Notes under the pieces: generated by a model | The model's database searches: none | What the model was told of the DNA's origin: nothing | What the model saw: the letters and a program-made list of their open reading frames with translations, nothing else | Source of the DNA: the human T2T-CHM13v2.0 reference genome, Homo sapiens | DNA: 64,000 bases | Assembly (NCBI RefSeq): GCF_009914755.1 | Contig: NC_060938.1 | Direction: 5' to 3' (one strand) | Program-made: the position numbers and the translations under genes | Shown here: positions 24,901 through 39,249 of the stretch, piece by piece | How the letters are laid out: every line of letters starts with the position of its first letter | Numbering within the stretch: position 1 is the first letter of the stretch

Positions 24901-27900
24901 CATTTTTCTTTCTCGTATGTAGAACTCTCTTTTAATTATTCCTGTTCTTTACGTGCAAAAGATATCTAAGTAAGGGGGAAAAGAAGGGGTGTTCAAAGAC
25001 TCTTTAAGTAAACTTAGATGCTTTGTATATTGACCAGTTTTTCCAAATGAAATGCATTCACTTTGGCCCTTGACGTAGGCAAATGGTTCAAGAAGCTCAA
25101 ATCCATTCATACTAGCCTCTGTGCAAAAAGCAAGAAAAACTCAAAAATCATTTTCTATAAATGCTTATCTATTACAATTCATGTAGATAGTCCTATAGAG
25201 AGAATTGGTATGTATTTCATAATAATACCATGTAGTCTTATCAACCATTAGGTAATGATTACATTTCAGCACATTCTAGCCAGAACCCCCCAAAATAGAT
25301 TGAGTGACAGTAGCAAGAAGACAGTTGCTTAGATTGCGGATCCAGCTGATGTCAGTATTATTGTTTTTGTTAGCTTGTGAGTAAACTCCACAAGAAGAAA
25401 ACATTCAGATCCAGTCCATAAACTTCTCTCTAGACATAACCAAGTTGCTGGGCCAGCGTGGACTCAGATTAAGAGTGTGGGTGCTTTGGACGGATTCATC
25501 CCCACAACAGAGCTTGTTTCCTTTGTTTAACAAGTACTAAACTACACTTGCACACTTCATCACTCACTCTTAGTTGTTTATATGTTGAAACCATATTATG
25601 AGATCATACTTTCTGAATACACTCAATCTGTTTTTCATAATTTGACATTCTACTGTGGAACAGTGAGATGACTTGCGCAGTGTTAAGTAGTGTCAGGTTT
25701 ATAATCTCCCAATATCTTTAGTTCTTTACTGAATTCATTCCCTTCTTCTGCGTTGCTCTCTCTTTTGAATTATGTTTGTGGCAAACCTCACCCTTCCTGT
25801 GATTAATGGGTGTTAAAACAGTGAAATCGGAGTTCTCAGATTTTGTTCTACAATCACTTCCCTTAGCTTTCGTCTACTTCTACAATACTATTCTTTTCCC
25901 CTTCTCTATTTGTTCCCTATTTAAATGAGTCCTATAAGTTACTACATTTCATGGTCTTGTTCAAAGAATTGCAGAGCAAAATTGTCGAACAGTAGTAACA
26001 TTTTAAATAATGATTAAGCAATGCACAGAAAAGCAGCCAGTGCAAAGCAGATATTTAAGTACAGGTTTCTCAGAGACGTTACAATTTCACTTTAGTTTCT
26101 AGGGCGAGTAGTGCTGGATGGTGGATTTAGGGGCGGAAGAAAACTGCCCATTGCATTGTAGGCCACTTATACCCCATATGTATAACAAACCTTACATCCA
26201 AATCACTTATATGCTATGGATCTCTCTGCTGATGTTAGTCATCTGATTTGCAGAGAACTAGAACTAATAACCTTTTCAAATGTTATCAAATGATGACAAA
26301 TCAAATTACTTAAATGATGACTGATCAAGTATTTGATATTTTAATTTTGAATGAATCTACCTCAAGGACTTGATATTTCCCTTAGTTTGAGTAAAGACCA
26401 CAAATGCTAAACAGTCACATAGTTCATAAATTTCACAAACAATGAACCCCGAATGCTATAAATTAACTTTATTTACTGACTTTAAAATAAATGAATGGCC
26501 TTTAGCATAGCTATAGACATAGCAAACTAAGTGGAAATTGAGGGAAAAGCACCTGACTGGAAGTACTTTTAACTATATTATAGGTTTGTTTTGGATGCAA
26601 ATGAATCTGACTAGATTTCTCAGTAGCAAAGGAGACAGAAGCTCTTACATGTAGGTCATCCTGCATTTTAGGTTGCTAATGATTCATTTTAATGTCACCG
26701 TTTAGTTACATACTGATCATTTATACTGACAAAAAGGATAAAAAGAAAACAAGGAACCTGTCATCAATCATTCATTTAATCAAGTAGCAAAAGTAGATAA
26801 ATAAACATACTGAGTTAATTATTCTTCTGTATGTAATGATTGACAATAAAGCTAATTTATGCTTATTTTAACCCTTTAATATTTAGTGCTGTTAGGATTA
26901 ATGGGAATTAGCAGTTGTAGAAAGGACTTGCAGGTGACCTTGTTCCTAAATTACCTTAAGGGAACTCAGTATTCGTACTTGAGGAGTTTATTCATTTGAC
27001 ATCTATCCTGATAAAGAGTTGTAGTTATTTGCATTTAAGCATATTAACTCTATGCTATCAAATATAATGAAAAACAATTACACTATGTTGGTCTGCCTCC
27101 TTTGTATTAATCCTATTCAGACTGTCTAATGAAGACTTTTTCTTTGAAATGTGCATTCTTAATATGTAAAATAATTTATAACCAGATACAACTATGCTGT
27201 CAATTCAAATGTATATTAGATAAAGCACGAGTGGAAAAGAAGTCTTAGTGACAGCAAAACACTAAAATATGTTTTTAAGTTAAAGGGGTCCTTGAAAGTT
27301 ATAAAAACCTATTTTTTGGCTTGCTAGCATTTTTTCTCCAGTTTTTCCCCCAAAATTTTGTCTGGTGGCAATTCCCTTTAAAAAATAATTTTACTTTTAT
27401 TAGACTTTCCATAAACAAGATATTCTTCAGGTAAGTGTGTATAATAAATCAAAAGTTATAAACATTTTCTCTGGAATCTTTCTAGCATCCTTATCTAAAT
27501 CAGCCTGCACCCAAGAAATGGGAAAGTAATAAGCAGACCTAAGGGATTTACGCATGCAAATAGGAATTCAGTTGTTCATTAAAATTATTGTACTAAGATT
27601 TGAAAGATAAACTGTGGTTGCCTCTATGGTTAGAGATGTATTTCTTCTAGATGCATTTTATTAAATGCCATTTTTCCTTAGCACTTTTAATGTTTAGTGT
27701 AGCCAAATTCTAACCACTGACTAAATAGACTTCTCTTCCAGCTCGTTAAGTCTGGCCAGTTCAGTTATATGAAACTAGAAATGAAATTAGAGAGAGTTGG
27801 TGAGCGAGAAAACCGTGGCTGTGTGGTGGCTAGACCAGAGCACATTTTGCACGAATGCCATCCTTTGTGTAGACTCTCTTTTGTCCCATTTCCCCAAAAA

Positions 27901-29007
27901 AGTGTGCATAATTTTTTTGTTTTGGGTTTTTAGAAAATTATCAAGTTTACTATGGGTCTAGAACACTATACCTATGAACAGTAAATTCCAGTAGACTTCA
28001 AGCTTGTATCACTGTTCCTAGATTCCCACATTTGGTTTTTGATTGCTCGTGTTGCAACTCATCATCTGTAAGCATTTGGCTATAATAAGAGATTTTGCTC
28101 ATGACGCTTTCTGACAACTTGAATAGATACGGTATTGTAGCTATGTCTGTAATGGCAAAGTAAAATTTGAAAAATATACAACATTTAAATTGTATGTTAC
28201 AAACTAGATAAAACCAGATACCGAAAGTCATTCATTTCATCAACCCAATGTGTAAATGAAGGACTATGCATTAATGGGGAAAATATAGCTTTGGAAATAA
28301 TAAATTTAGTGTTATCCACATTTCTTAAGTTTAAAACAATTGTATTTGATGAACGAATTCCTCTACCGCCCCACACTCCTCCTGCCATAGATGCCTTTAA
28401 GCTTTATTAATTTCTGTGTAAATGTGTTAAAGAGAAATCTTTTCACTCTTTTTTTGTCCTTTGTTTGGCTTCTTTTTACCTGCACGCGTTAATTAAGCGA
28501 TAGTATAAATGAGGAGTGAGAATTTGTGGTCTTTTTGTTCACTGAAATAATGGTTGATCTCTTTAGCTTTTGTCCGATTTATGGCTTTCCTTTTTTTTCA
28601 GCTAAAAATCTGTAACTAGCAGGTTAAGCATAATGTAGGTTATAGTCACTGTGGTAAGAGTGAAATCAACAACTCTCTTATTCCTTCCTTGACGAATCCT
28701 CTTTGGTGTTCTCTGATGGCATATATTTGAAGGAGAAAGTAAAAGCTGGGGGAAAATGATACTAGAGACTCTCTAAATAGGTAATATATACAGGTGCACA
28801 TATATACACCCAAATACAATCACAGTTTTGAACAGAAATATTTGAACTGAAATATTTAGTCCAAATCTACTGTCATTCTGTTCAGGAGGAAATAAAAACT
28901 CTGAAATCTGTATTTCTTATCACTCTCAGAGACACAGAACCAAATGAATCTTTTGAGTGCAAGTACATCTTGCGTACAAAAGACTAAAAGTTCTGTTGAT
29001 ACAATTC

Positions 29008-29219
29008 TTTTTTTTTTTTTTTTTTTTTTTTTTGAGACAGGGTGTTGCTCTGTCACATCATAGTTCACGGCAACCTTGAACTCCTGGACTCAAGCGATCC
29101 TCCTACCTCAGCCTCCTGAGTAGCAGGGACTATAGGTGTGCATCCCCAAGTCTGACTAATTATTTTTTAATTTTTTGTAGACACGGGGTCTCACAATGTT
29201 GCCCAGGCTGGTCACAACA
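29008..29219 (-). mobile_element. 5'-truncated AluJ with a long poly(T) tail and an internal deletion
   Basis: T-run then gagacagggt...ctcaagcgatcctcc; the ccaggctggagtgcagtgg segment is missing; TSD tgatacaattct at 28997-29008 and 29220-29231. Confidence 0.9.
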
Positions 29220-32200
29220 TGATACAATTCTGAGAGAGAGTTAGCATCTATTTGATTCATCTTAATCAGCAGGTTCTGTACACCCAGCCCCAGGGTTCAA
29301 AGTGAGAAAGATGGCAAAGTTGGTTCTGGTTTGACTTCTGTCCTTTCTGGATTCATCTCCTGTCACCACTGAAAAAAAACCAAAGAGGAAAGGATTGTTT
29401 TTAGATGCTTGTGCTTGTCCAGAAGTGGTGGATTGAAGCTGAAGCTCTCTTCCTGACCATCAGGTTCCCTCATTTTGTTTCACCTCAAGCTCTGGCCTGC
29501 TCCTGTGTGTTACTTGCACAGCAGCTGTCTACTTGAAAGTCTTAAAGTTATTAGCAGTTTCTCTCCTTTCTTTTACCTCACTGTAATTTTATTTCTTAAT
29601 TTAGAATTGAAAGTATATATTATCCATCTGACATGTGTGCATGGAGCTTGGAGAAATAGAAGATGCATTTCTCTTCATGAAACGTTTGTAATTTATTTGT
29701 AGAAACAAGACTTACTGATATAAAAAATTTGGAAAGCATTTGTGAGAGCATCGAATATCAGGTGCAGTGTGAGTTGCTTATTAAACTAAAGAACAACCCT
29801 AGCCTGGAGGATGTTAGTGCATTTTCTCAAGGCAGAGATGCCCTGAGACTTGTGGCTGGCTTTGAAGTCAACTCCCTGTGACCTTGGCTGATGGACATTC
29901 CCAGGTCTGGCTTCGACATTTTAGTCTGTGACATGGCAAAGTAAAATCATTTTGTCTCGATTTTCCACAGGTCTTAAGAAAATGTGGAAAAATTCATATA
30001 TTCAAAGATATATTCAAACAGTGCTCTCAGTTTGTTGGAGAAGCTGTTTAAGTTCACATTGACCACAGCGACATTATACTGAACCTGTCTTAGCTTTAAA
30101 ATTTTCAGTCTTTATGAAAGATAAATCAGTGTTTTGATTTTACAGTTACAATTTTACAGTTACAGTTTTGATTTTACATTACAAAAATCAAACTGAATTA
30201 TCTAAAAAATGAGATTTTTGTTTATGTTTTCAGTGGCTTTTAGGAAAAACTTAATATATTATGATTAAGTCTTTCATAGGCTATGGTTGCCTTTTTGAAG
30301 AAACGTCATGTTTTTAACACAACAGAGCAACCGTGGATACATAGGTATGTGTTCATTGAATCTTTACTATAGAAATGGAGTGTGGTTACTTAACACTTTA
30401 AAGACTTGTCTTGACGCCACATTCTTTAGATTTCTGATATTTCATCATGCTCATTGATGTAATTTTACTGTAGCTCTCATGTTTTCTCCTACTTTGTTAA
30501 ACAGCATTTCCTGGAATTTGGAATGCCATTTTTCTTGGCACTTCAGTGGGCAGCTTATGCACTCAAGGCATCACCTAAGTACCAGCAACACATTCTTGAC
30601 TGAATAATGATGTATGTGGAATGTTACTTTTTTTGCCTTATAAATGGATAGCAATTTACACAGCTGTGGATGTGGGATGTTTCAATCCCAGACCATGTTG
30701 TAAGAAAAATTGAATGACAGTGAGCAAAACAGCAGTAATTATAAAACTAATTACTAAATGCTGATGATGCCCATAGGCTTTGCATAACTAAAATTAGAAA
30801 AGGAAATTGCTTTCGGCTTCAGAGAGGCAACATGCTAGTTATTTCACTGTTTCAGTCAAAATGGAGGGTAGTATATAAAGTTCAATCAGGAAAATACATG
30901 CATACATATATATCTATAGATTTGCATATACATATATTTTTCTATGTTGAAATGTTATTCACTCTATATTACAATTTTATTTATAGAACTTAATGCACAG
31001 GTATTTACATAAAGAAGATAAGTATATTAAAATATTTGAATGCAGTATATAAACTATGCATTTTTGCATATGCTATAATTATAACATTAAAATGAATATA
31101 TTTACAATATATTTATATATATTTAGTTTTTCTCATGTACATTTTCACAAGCAAAATGTATACATTTCCGCTTTTGCATAAAGAACCCAATCTTAGGAAT
31201 TCGTAGCACATTTTTCAAAAAGAATTATTTAAAAAATTAAAACATTGATTGGCTCAGAAAAAATGAACTAACGTGTTTTGGGAAGGCAAATGATTGATAA
31301 ATTCAAAGTCTATGAGGCATACCTTTGTTCATGCTCAGTTTGGAGCTAAGAAATACATGACATTAACTCCAAAGAAGTCACTAAGATCGTAAACATATTA
31401 CCTGCAGACCCCAGACAGTTATAGGATTATAAATGTTAGAGCTGATATTGATAATCTTCAAATAGGAAGTACTAGGATAATGAATTCTGTTAATATGCAT
31501 GTAAATGGAAAATGATTTAACAAGTTTTAAAATGCGGTCATTTTTATTGAAAGCATATCCTTGTTCTTTACAATTAGTTGGTTTCTATTTCCATTCTCTC
31601 TGTAGTCCCACAGACAAATGTTGTAAACTCTTCTGAATAAACTATTGCTGGTTATGTTTAAGTTTCAGATTAAGTAGATCATGGATCAGGAAGATGAATC
31701 ATTGTTGATACAGAGGAAAAATACCTATTTACAAATTTGAGTAGTTTGAATGACCTAGTATAATGTTTTATTTAATTTTCTGCTGCATGTTGTTTTAGAA
31801 GTCTTAAGAAATTAAAATGGCAAAAGACGATACTGTCTGTAGATGTCTATTATTGAAATGAAAACCAAGTTTAATTGAATCAAGGCTGTAAGGAAATTCT
31901 TCTTGTAACTTTTACCTAGTGGGGCAGTACAATGAGTTAGTTCTTCCCATTTGTGGTAGTGAATTTAGTAATTAGTTCTTTTACCAAGGCAAATGGTCTA
32001 ATAATGGAGGAATAAATCACAGAATGCCATATAAAATGAATATGGAAAGTCTTGCGCCGTGTGGAATGTCTGGTAATTTAGTCAGCTGAAACTAATATGT
32101 GTACAAGTTGAGGCAAATTCTCCACTTCTGCAAGTATACAAGGTACTAAGAGTTAAAACAAATCACTGCTGCTTATCAGTTGTCCTTCACATTTGAGGTT

Positions 32201-35200
32201 ATGTCAGTCATAAAAAATAAGTATGTGATCAAGACTTCAACAGGCTTCGAGTGAGCTAAAATGAAACCAGCATGTTTATGTCATTTTTTCAATGGCACAT
32301 ATTTGGCCTCACATTTATTAGCTTCCAATTTGTTCTCCTGGGGGTCTGAGGGGAGAGGAGGTAAGAGGACTTCTCAGTGTATTAGTGCTGAGAAACATTG
32401 GTTTTCTTTTAGTTAAGTGATAAAGGGGAGTTTCAGGGGAAAAAGGGATGAGCAAGTGGAAGAGAGGTGTGTACTTATAGAAAACCACTTCATCCAACAG
32501 ATAATTACTGAGGATTTAATATGTGCCAGGCTTACAAACATCTTGAAAGGAAACAAACTTGGCACTAAGTGATGTTTGAATTCAAAATTTTGTTATTTAA
32601 TCTGTGAATCAAATTTTAGTAGAAGACAGATAACAAAACAGTTTTTTCAAGGATCTTTATTCAAAATTCATTGTCATTTGACTCATTAAGGCAACTCACA
32701 GTGGCCTGTGGGGTACTGTTTTTATCCATCAGTACCAGGAAGAAAGCCTTGCTCACAGACAAGATCATTTTCTACAAATTTTCTGTCATGTTTCACCTTG
32801 GTAATCTCCATCTCTTGTGTGCAAAAAGAAACAATTTATTTTCAACACTTGAGGGATATAGAACATCTGACTGCTGTCATAACCTATCGTTTTTAACATA
32901 AACATTATAGCTGCATTTGCCTTGAAATATTTGCCCATTATTGCATAAATCTGAGCCATGTACAGAAGTGTCACCTTGTGCTCTCCAGCATCAAAATGGA
33001 GACCTATTGCCTAGAAAGTGCAATTTGCTCCCTTCACATACATTTACTTCAACAAAATTAGAAATAGTTTTTTTTTTCATAATTGAGTTAAACAGTGCAG
33101 TAACCGAAGAAAAACTTATGAGAGAATGCACTGCTTTTAACCATAGGAGTAGAACCCCTCAAATGTGGCTAAGGGCCTACTATATTTTCCTTTATCAAAA
33201 GATGGTTGATTGCTTAATGGTCAAAGCACTACTAAATAGCCTATTCCACTTTACTAGAGAAAATGTGCTTTACATCAGTTGCACAATGTAATTCTTTCTA
33301 TTATGTTGGTGGAATTGTTTTACCTTGCATGGAAGGATGCATGTAAGAGAGAGGATGATTTGATAATCTTTTGCAATATATAAGATTTCTAAAATATATT
33401 ATTCATAGGATTCTGTTAGTTTACTTACAAAGCTGGAGCCCTTTGCAGTGTACTCTGATCATTCACTTACAGAATGCCATAGTTTACTACTCAACATATC
33501 TGGTTTAAAACCAAAATAAATGTTTATATTAAGCTAATTCCTGGCTCCATTTTGGGTCCCTACTCTTATTTTTCTTTTTCTTTTTAATATATTTCAATTT
33601 TATATTTCATGTACCTCTCTAAGCTGTATTAAATAATAATTGGACTCTTTGTCTAATTTCATTACATGAAATAAAGCCTTCTTTTTGTGTTGATAGCCTT
33701 GTCTGTGAACGTTTAATTCATCATCAAGCTAAAATAAACATTTACTGTAACATATATTATTTTGTATTTTTCTTCTGGTTAGTACTCTTCTTTAATAAAC
33801 TCTGATTCACTGTTGGAGAAGCCAAAGGAACATTTGTTGTTTCCCATGCTCTACTTTTTCCTCTCTTGAGAGACCACATCGCTCCCTTTCATTATTGCCA
33901 TTATTTTGAACTGTTTTACAGCTGGTTCCTAGTCTGACATCATTTTGTAATCTTTAAAATGTAGTTTTTAAGCACCTCTTAGGGACTTAATATTTCTACT
34001 CTGTTACAGCCTTTTAATTTACTGATCAGCTGCCATTTTAAAAGTTTTTTCTGTAGGTTTGGCCTCTGCAGCCTTCTTTGTGTTCTTTTTCATTTTTATA
34101 CTAATAATTACAACACTTCCCAATTAATTGCCATTTGTGAATATAATTGATGTGTTTCCTCCCTCTCCAGACCACTAATGAAGATGTTAAATAAGTCTTA
34201 GCATGAGGCTAACCTCAGCAGAATTCCCTTGGACCACTGGCATATTAGAGTTTACCATAGCTCTATTTATTTTCTCTTCTTTTAAGAGTGCTTCTGGTTG
34301 AGACATTTTAATTCATTTTCTAGTATTTCACAATAGTGAAGCTCTGCATGAAGTGTCTGTCTAGATATACTATGCCTGGTGAACTCTGATTTTCTGAAAA
34401 CTAAGGCTATTGATTTACTTAGGTGTCCTAGAATCTTAGAAGCATTTTTTGCATTCTAGACAGTGAAAACAAAAAGCTTTTGTAAATGTAATGTGTGAGA
34501 TATTATCACTATAAGATAAATTCAACTGATTTTTTCTTGTTTTGCAGTATTGGCACAAGGGAGCGCATCAAAGGTGTTTAACACAAACTATGTAGCTGTC
34601 TTAGAAGAGAGCATGCCTCCATTTCAGCCCAACAATATTGGGTCCACTTTCTCTATGATCAGAATATTACAAAGGGAGTGGAGAATAATTTATATCAGAG
34701 GTTCTGTGACGGAATGAAATGGAGCCCTTTTGAAGTATGATCTCTGAAAGCACAGCATGAAGCTCAAATAAAGTGAAGGACATTTTGCTATTACAAGTAA
34801 TGTCCTTAATAATCTTGTTAGTCTAGTCTCCCTCTGTACGAGACAAATGGAACATTATTGGCTTATGGGCTGTAGTAAATAATTTAGTTTCCAATATTCA
34901 GGCTGCTTTGACAGTAAATTAAAATGACATGAAAGGAGCTTGTTGAATAAAGAAAGTATCCAATCAAATTTAATTGGCATGACTAAGGCAGTAGAAATAT
35001 GTTTTATAATTAAACCATGTTGTCTTGGAGCTTTATAAGCATGTATGAATCAAAATGTCAAAAATTATTCTTTGATACTGTGCATTTAAAACTTTGCATG
35101 GTGAATAGTTTCCTTAAACAAGCTTCTAGACATGCATATTGATGTAACATGAAAATAGTTTCATGTTTTAAATAATAAGTGATAAACTTACTTCTTCATT

Positions 35201-36589
35201 TGTAAACCCTTGTAAGTAGCAATTCTGATAACAGGCCACTTAGAAGTCTCCCTTATAAAAATTTTGTTTTCCAACTGATATACTAATAATTCAGAGAAGG
35301 TTATGATTTTTATTTTGGCTATCTTATGATTCTTCAGTGCTCAACCTTTTGGTGAAGAAAAATAAGTCGCAAACTCACTGAGCAGAATAAAGAATAGAGA
35401 AAGAATAGTATTGAGAATAAAAAACAAATAATGCAAGATGTATTTTGGTTTATAGTTCCCTTCTCAAATTCAAGATGAATTAGATTTTCTACATTTGACA
35501 GTAGACGTGTCAAGTACCCTTCTGCTATAAAAGTCAGGAAGCCATGGGAATTTCAGATTTTTGTATGACCACCTGTCCCGTTTTTTCCCTTCCCTGAAAG
35601 TGGTACATAAGTAAGTGCCCATTTGTAATAAAATTTCTAATGACAGTCTTTCCACAACTTAGCTGGAAAATATATGGTGGTGTCTGAGTCTGCAGAGGTT
35701 GCTTATAAAAACAGAAATGAGCTTAGTGAATCATTTTTCATTCATAGCCTTTTCAAATGTCTTAGTCAGAGTAAGCTAAAGATTAGAGAAGGTAAGCGAG
35801 AAGAGAGGTTCAGATGCGTCAACATTATTCAAACTATGAAGATCATATGTGGCTTTTTCTTAGAGATTTGGGTATTATTATTTTCTAATCTCTTGATAGC
35901 TTTTCAGTTCAGGGAAGATTTTTCATGAATAGTCACTCTCTTTTCTTGATTAGACCCAAATGCAATAGCTTCTTCAGAGATAATATGGTTTGTGCTTACA
36001 TTGCTCCAAGATAAATCTAAGACAATATGCTACAAATTCATTGTATTGCTCTTCATGAAGTGCTATAGCATTAGATGATGTGGAAATGCATAAAATATTT
36101 TCTTTGAGTAAAAAATGTTAAAAACGAGTGGCCCTTAAAGTCTGCCCTCTCTACAGTCTATATTTGAAGGCTTTTAAACCTAAAGTACATTTTTATTAAA
36201 ATTCTGGCCTAGGAACAAATTAAGGGGACTGTTTTTTAAAAATCATTTTTTCCTTAATGTTTATCCAGTAACCTCCATATGCGTGCAAGTTACAGAGAAA
36301 GGTTAAGTTTTAATTGTTTTCTGTTGTTTGGTTTTTATTTTAAATATATATCTAGCAAAAATTATTACTAACATAATATTTTATGTACCATTGTGACCTG
36401 AAAGGATAAAAATAAATGAATAACTTTATAATGGAAGCAGAAAAGCCTCATCAGAGAAAGTTTCTGGAGAGAATAATGCAAACTGGGATATCTATCTCTT
36501 TACATATAATCACTATATCTGAGAATGCCATTCTGTCTTGTTAATCCTAAGTAATGTATATCAAGACTTTTTTTTTTGAATACCTACTC

Positions 36590-36768
36590 CAGTGGTTCTC
36601 ACACTTCAGCATGCATCAGAATCATCTGGAGGTCTTGATAAAACATTGCTAGACCCCTCTTCCAGCATTTCTGATTCAGTAAGTCTATGGTGGGGTCCAA
36701 TAATTTGCATTTTATCTAGTTCCCAGGTGATACTGCTGCTGCTGGGGGGAAACACTCTGAGAACCATT
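36590..36768. mobile_element. MER5A (hAT-Charlie) MITE
   Basis: cagtggttctc...gcatcagaatcatctgga...tttctgattcagta...atttgcattt...gagaaccatt, with terminal inverted repeats. Confidence 0.88.
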
Positions 36769-38469
36769 CACTCATATTATCAACAGCCAATTATTAATCT
36801 CCTCCTGTGGGCTAAGAACTTGTCTGTGTCTGCTGCCTGGATGCTGAAGGTCTGTTCCAGGGAAAGCTAGCACAGAACATAGACATTTAAGAAGAACAAA
36901 GATGCTACCTTTGGCATTGGCCTAGAGCACCATGGCAGTTCATGGCAAAACACATAAGCCAGCTCTACCAATTAAAAAAAAAAAAGTACAAGCTGAAGGC
37001 TGAAGGATGAGTAAGAGCTTCCCAGGAGAAATGGAAGGAGGAAAAACAGATATTTTGGTGACAATTTGTATTTTTATTTAGTGTCAGTATTAGTCTGAAA
37101 CATCATTAATGTTCTCTAAAGGGAAAAATTACTATTGCTTTTAAAACTTTGACTGACCAATTGATGTTTAGAAAGGAATAAAATAATGTGAAAGCTTCTT
37201 TTTCTAGAAGGCTTCCCAGCCCAACTCATTTCAGTTCTGTGCACATAGCTTTGTTTGATTTCCTATACATGTTGGGTGTCTTTTGCACTAGGCCTACTAT
37301 TTGGAAAATCTAACTTTCAATTTTATTGATATCTACATTTGTTAAAAAAAAAAAAAAACTATGCACCAAAGCACAATATTAGGATTTTCACCATTTTTGG
37401 TTGGTTCCCATTGTTATAATTTGCATTTTACTTCCCAGTTACATGGAGACTTATATCTTCTACTTCTTCCAAGCTTATAGAGAATACCCAATAAATGTTT
37501 TAGAAATTAAAAAATTATTTTCTGTTTTTAAGTAGTTACTTAATTGAATTGCATTTATTTACTTTATCAGTCTTTTGAGTTGATCTAGCTCTGAAAGCAG
37601 TTGGGCATTTGGAACTATATGATGCTTCTAGGAATAAAGATTTTGAGATGATAGTGGTACATAAACACTTGTGGCTTCTGCTATCTTGGACCTTATATCT
37701 TATGGATGTAATGTAAGTTAAAAAAAAAAAAACATATTTATCTGCAAATTTTTTTGGTAGCTTGCTTTCTTTTAATTTTGTCTCCTACAAACTCTAAAAT
37801 ATATTATTTTCATTTTACAGATGAAACAGGCCAAGACAGGCTAAACATGAGGCTAAATGGCCTCTAAGTGGTACAGTCAGTATTATAATACTCTTTTGAC
37901 CGGTTCTCTACTCTTTCTTCTATACCACTTTACCAGAGCCTTTAATTATTTATGCTTGCCCAACCTGGAATGCCAAAAGCTAAAACCCCAACTCAGCAAG
38001 GCATGAGTAAAGGCCACCCCATAGGTGTCAACTTGAGTGGTCGTGCCTTCCTTGCATTGTTTTCTTCTGACCTTGTCTTTGCACTTGATTTTGGGACAAG
38101 TGGTTTTCCTCTAGGCCAGTAGTTTTAAACTTCTTTTCTTGTTTAGTCTGATAATATTTTATCTTGACAACAAATACACATACAAACAAATACACAGAAG
38201 GCTATTTGAAAACCATAGCTCTAGGCCTTGGTTCCTCACCCTGGCAGTTCTCCTGATGTAGCTGAAGGCTTTTATGGGAAGGATATAGACTCCTTTTCAT
38301 AAAAGCAGGTGGTATGAGTGGGGCTATAGATGATACATTTTTAAAATATGATTAAAATATATTTTTAGTCATATTAAAATCATATATAGATGCCCTAGTT
38401 ATACCACCTGATTCAAAACATTCATTGAATATCTGTTAGACAGTTGTGATGATCAACCTCATTGGAGAA

Positions 38470-38640
38470 TAATAATAACTAATACTACTGAGTATTTCTG
38501 TGTGCCAGGTTCTATTAAGTGCACTTCATGGATTATCTCATCTAATCCTCACAATACAGAATTAACCAGTTAGAAGAACCACAATTCAAACCCAGATAAT
38601 CTATCTCCAGATCCAAAGCCCTTAACTTATATGACGTAGG
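38470..38640 (-). mobile_element. MIR relic
   Basis: tactgagtatttctgtgtgccagg...tctcatctaatcctcacaa; approximate. Confidence 0.65.
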
Positions 38641-39249
38641 GTTCTGTCCTAACTTCTCTCTTCTCCCCTCAATCAGATAGGTGCTTCCTGGTTCTGAAAT
38701 AGGGGGTATCTGTTGACAAGATATTAGATTCCTTTAAAGTAGCCTATTAAAAAGTAGGTTATTTTTAAATGATTGATAATACATATTTATACCAGGAGTA
38801 AATTACCAGATAGGAATATGAAATGGATATGCTCTATCCACCCTGTTATTCACAAGAAATATTCTCAAGTACAATAGTAAGAAGAAGTTCCAAACCAGAT
38901 TTAACATTTCACAGAGTTAAACACACTGTGTTGAGGACCTATTACAGTTTACTCTAATACATGTTTGGGTTGTCTGTCAAACATTTCCTGACACTGTATT
39001 AGTGAGAAAGTCCAAAACTATCTCATACTATGGTGAATTAAAAAAAATAGTTAGACGAGTCACAACTTTAAGTGTTACAATGTACAATATCAATACCAAA
39101 TCATATTTTAATTTTTTGTTAGCAATAGGTGTTTTTTTTTTTTTAGCTGGCTCACCAACTTCCATGATCCTTAAAAACAAAGTCTTGCTTTTTAGTTGCT
39201 GCTTTTTCTCCCTTCAACAACTTTATAGTTGGCAGTGAGGACATGGATA

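Noticed and set aside
26284-26338. Box C/D snoRNA-like motifs (ATGATGA twice, CTGA, 8-bp terminal stem)
   Set aside because: Only about 35 nt from box C to box D, no room for guide sequences, and the stem is mis-spaced.
30880-31200. Very AT-rich TA/TGCA-rich tract (similar at 59110-59260)
   Set aside because: Low-complexity sequence with no periodic unit or assignable element.
32941-33291. 116-aa non-repeat ORF
   Set aside because: TTG start, no domain similarity, no convincing splice boundaries; expected by chance.
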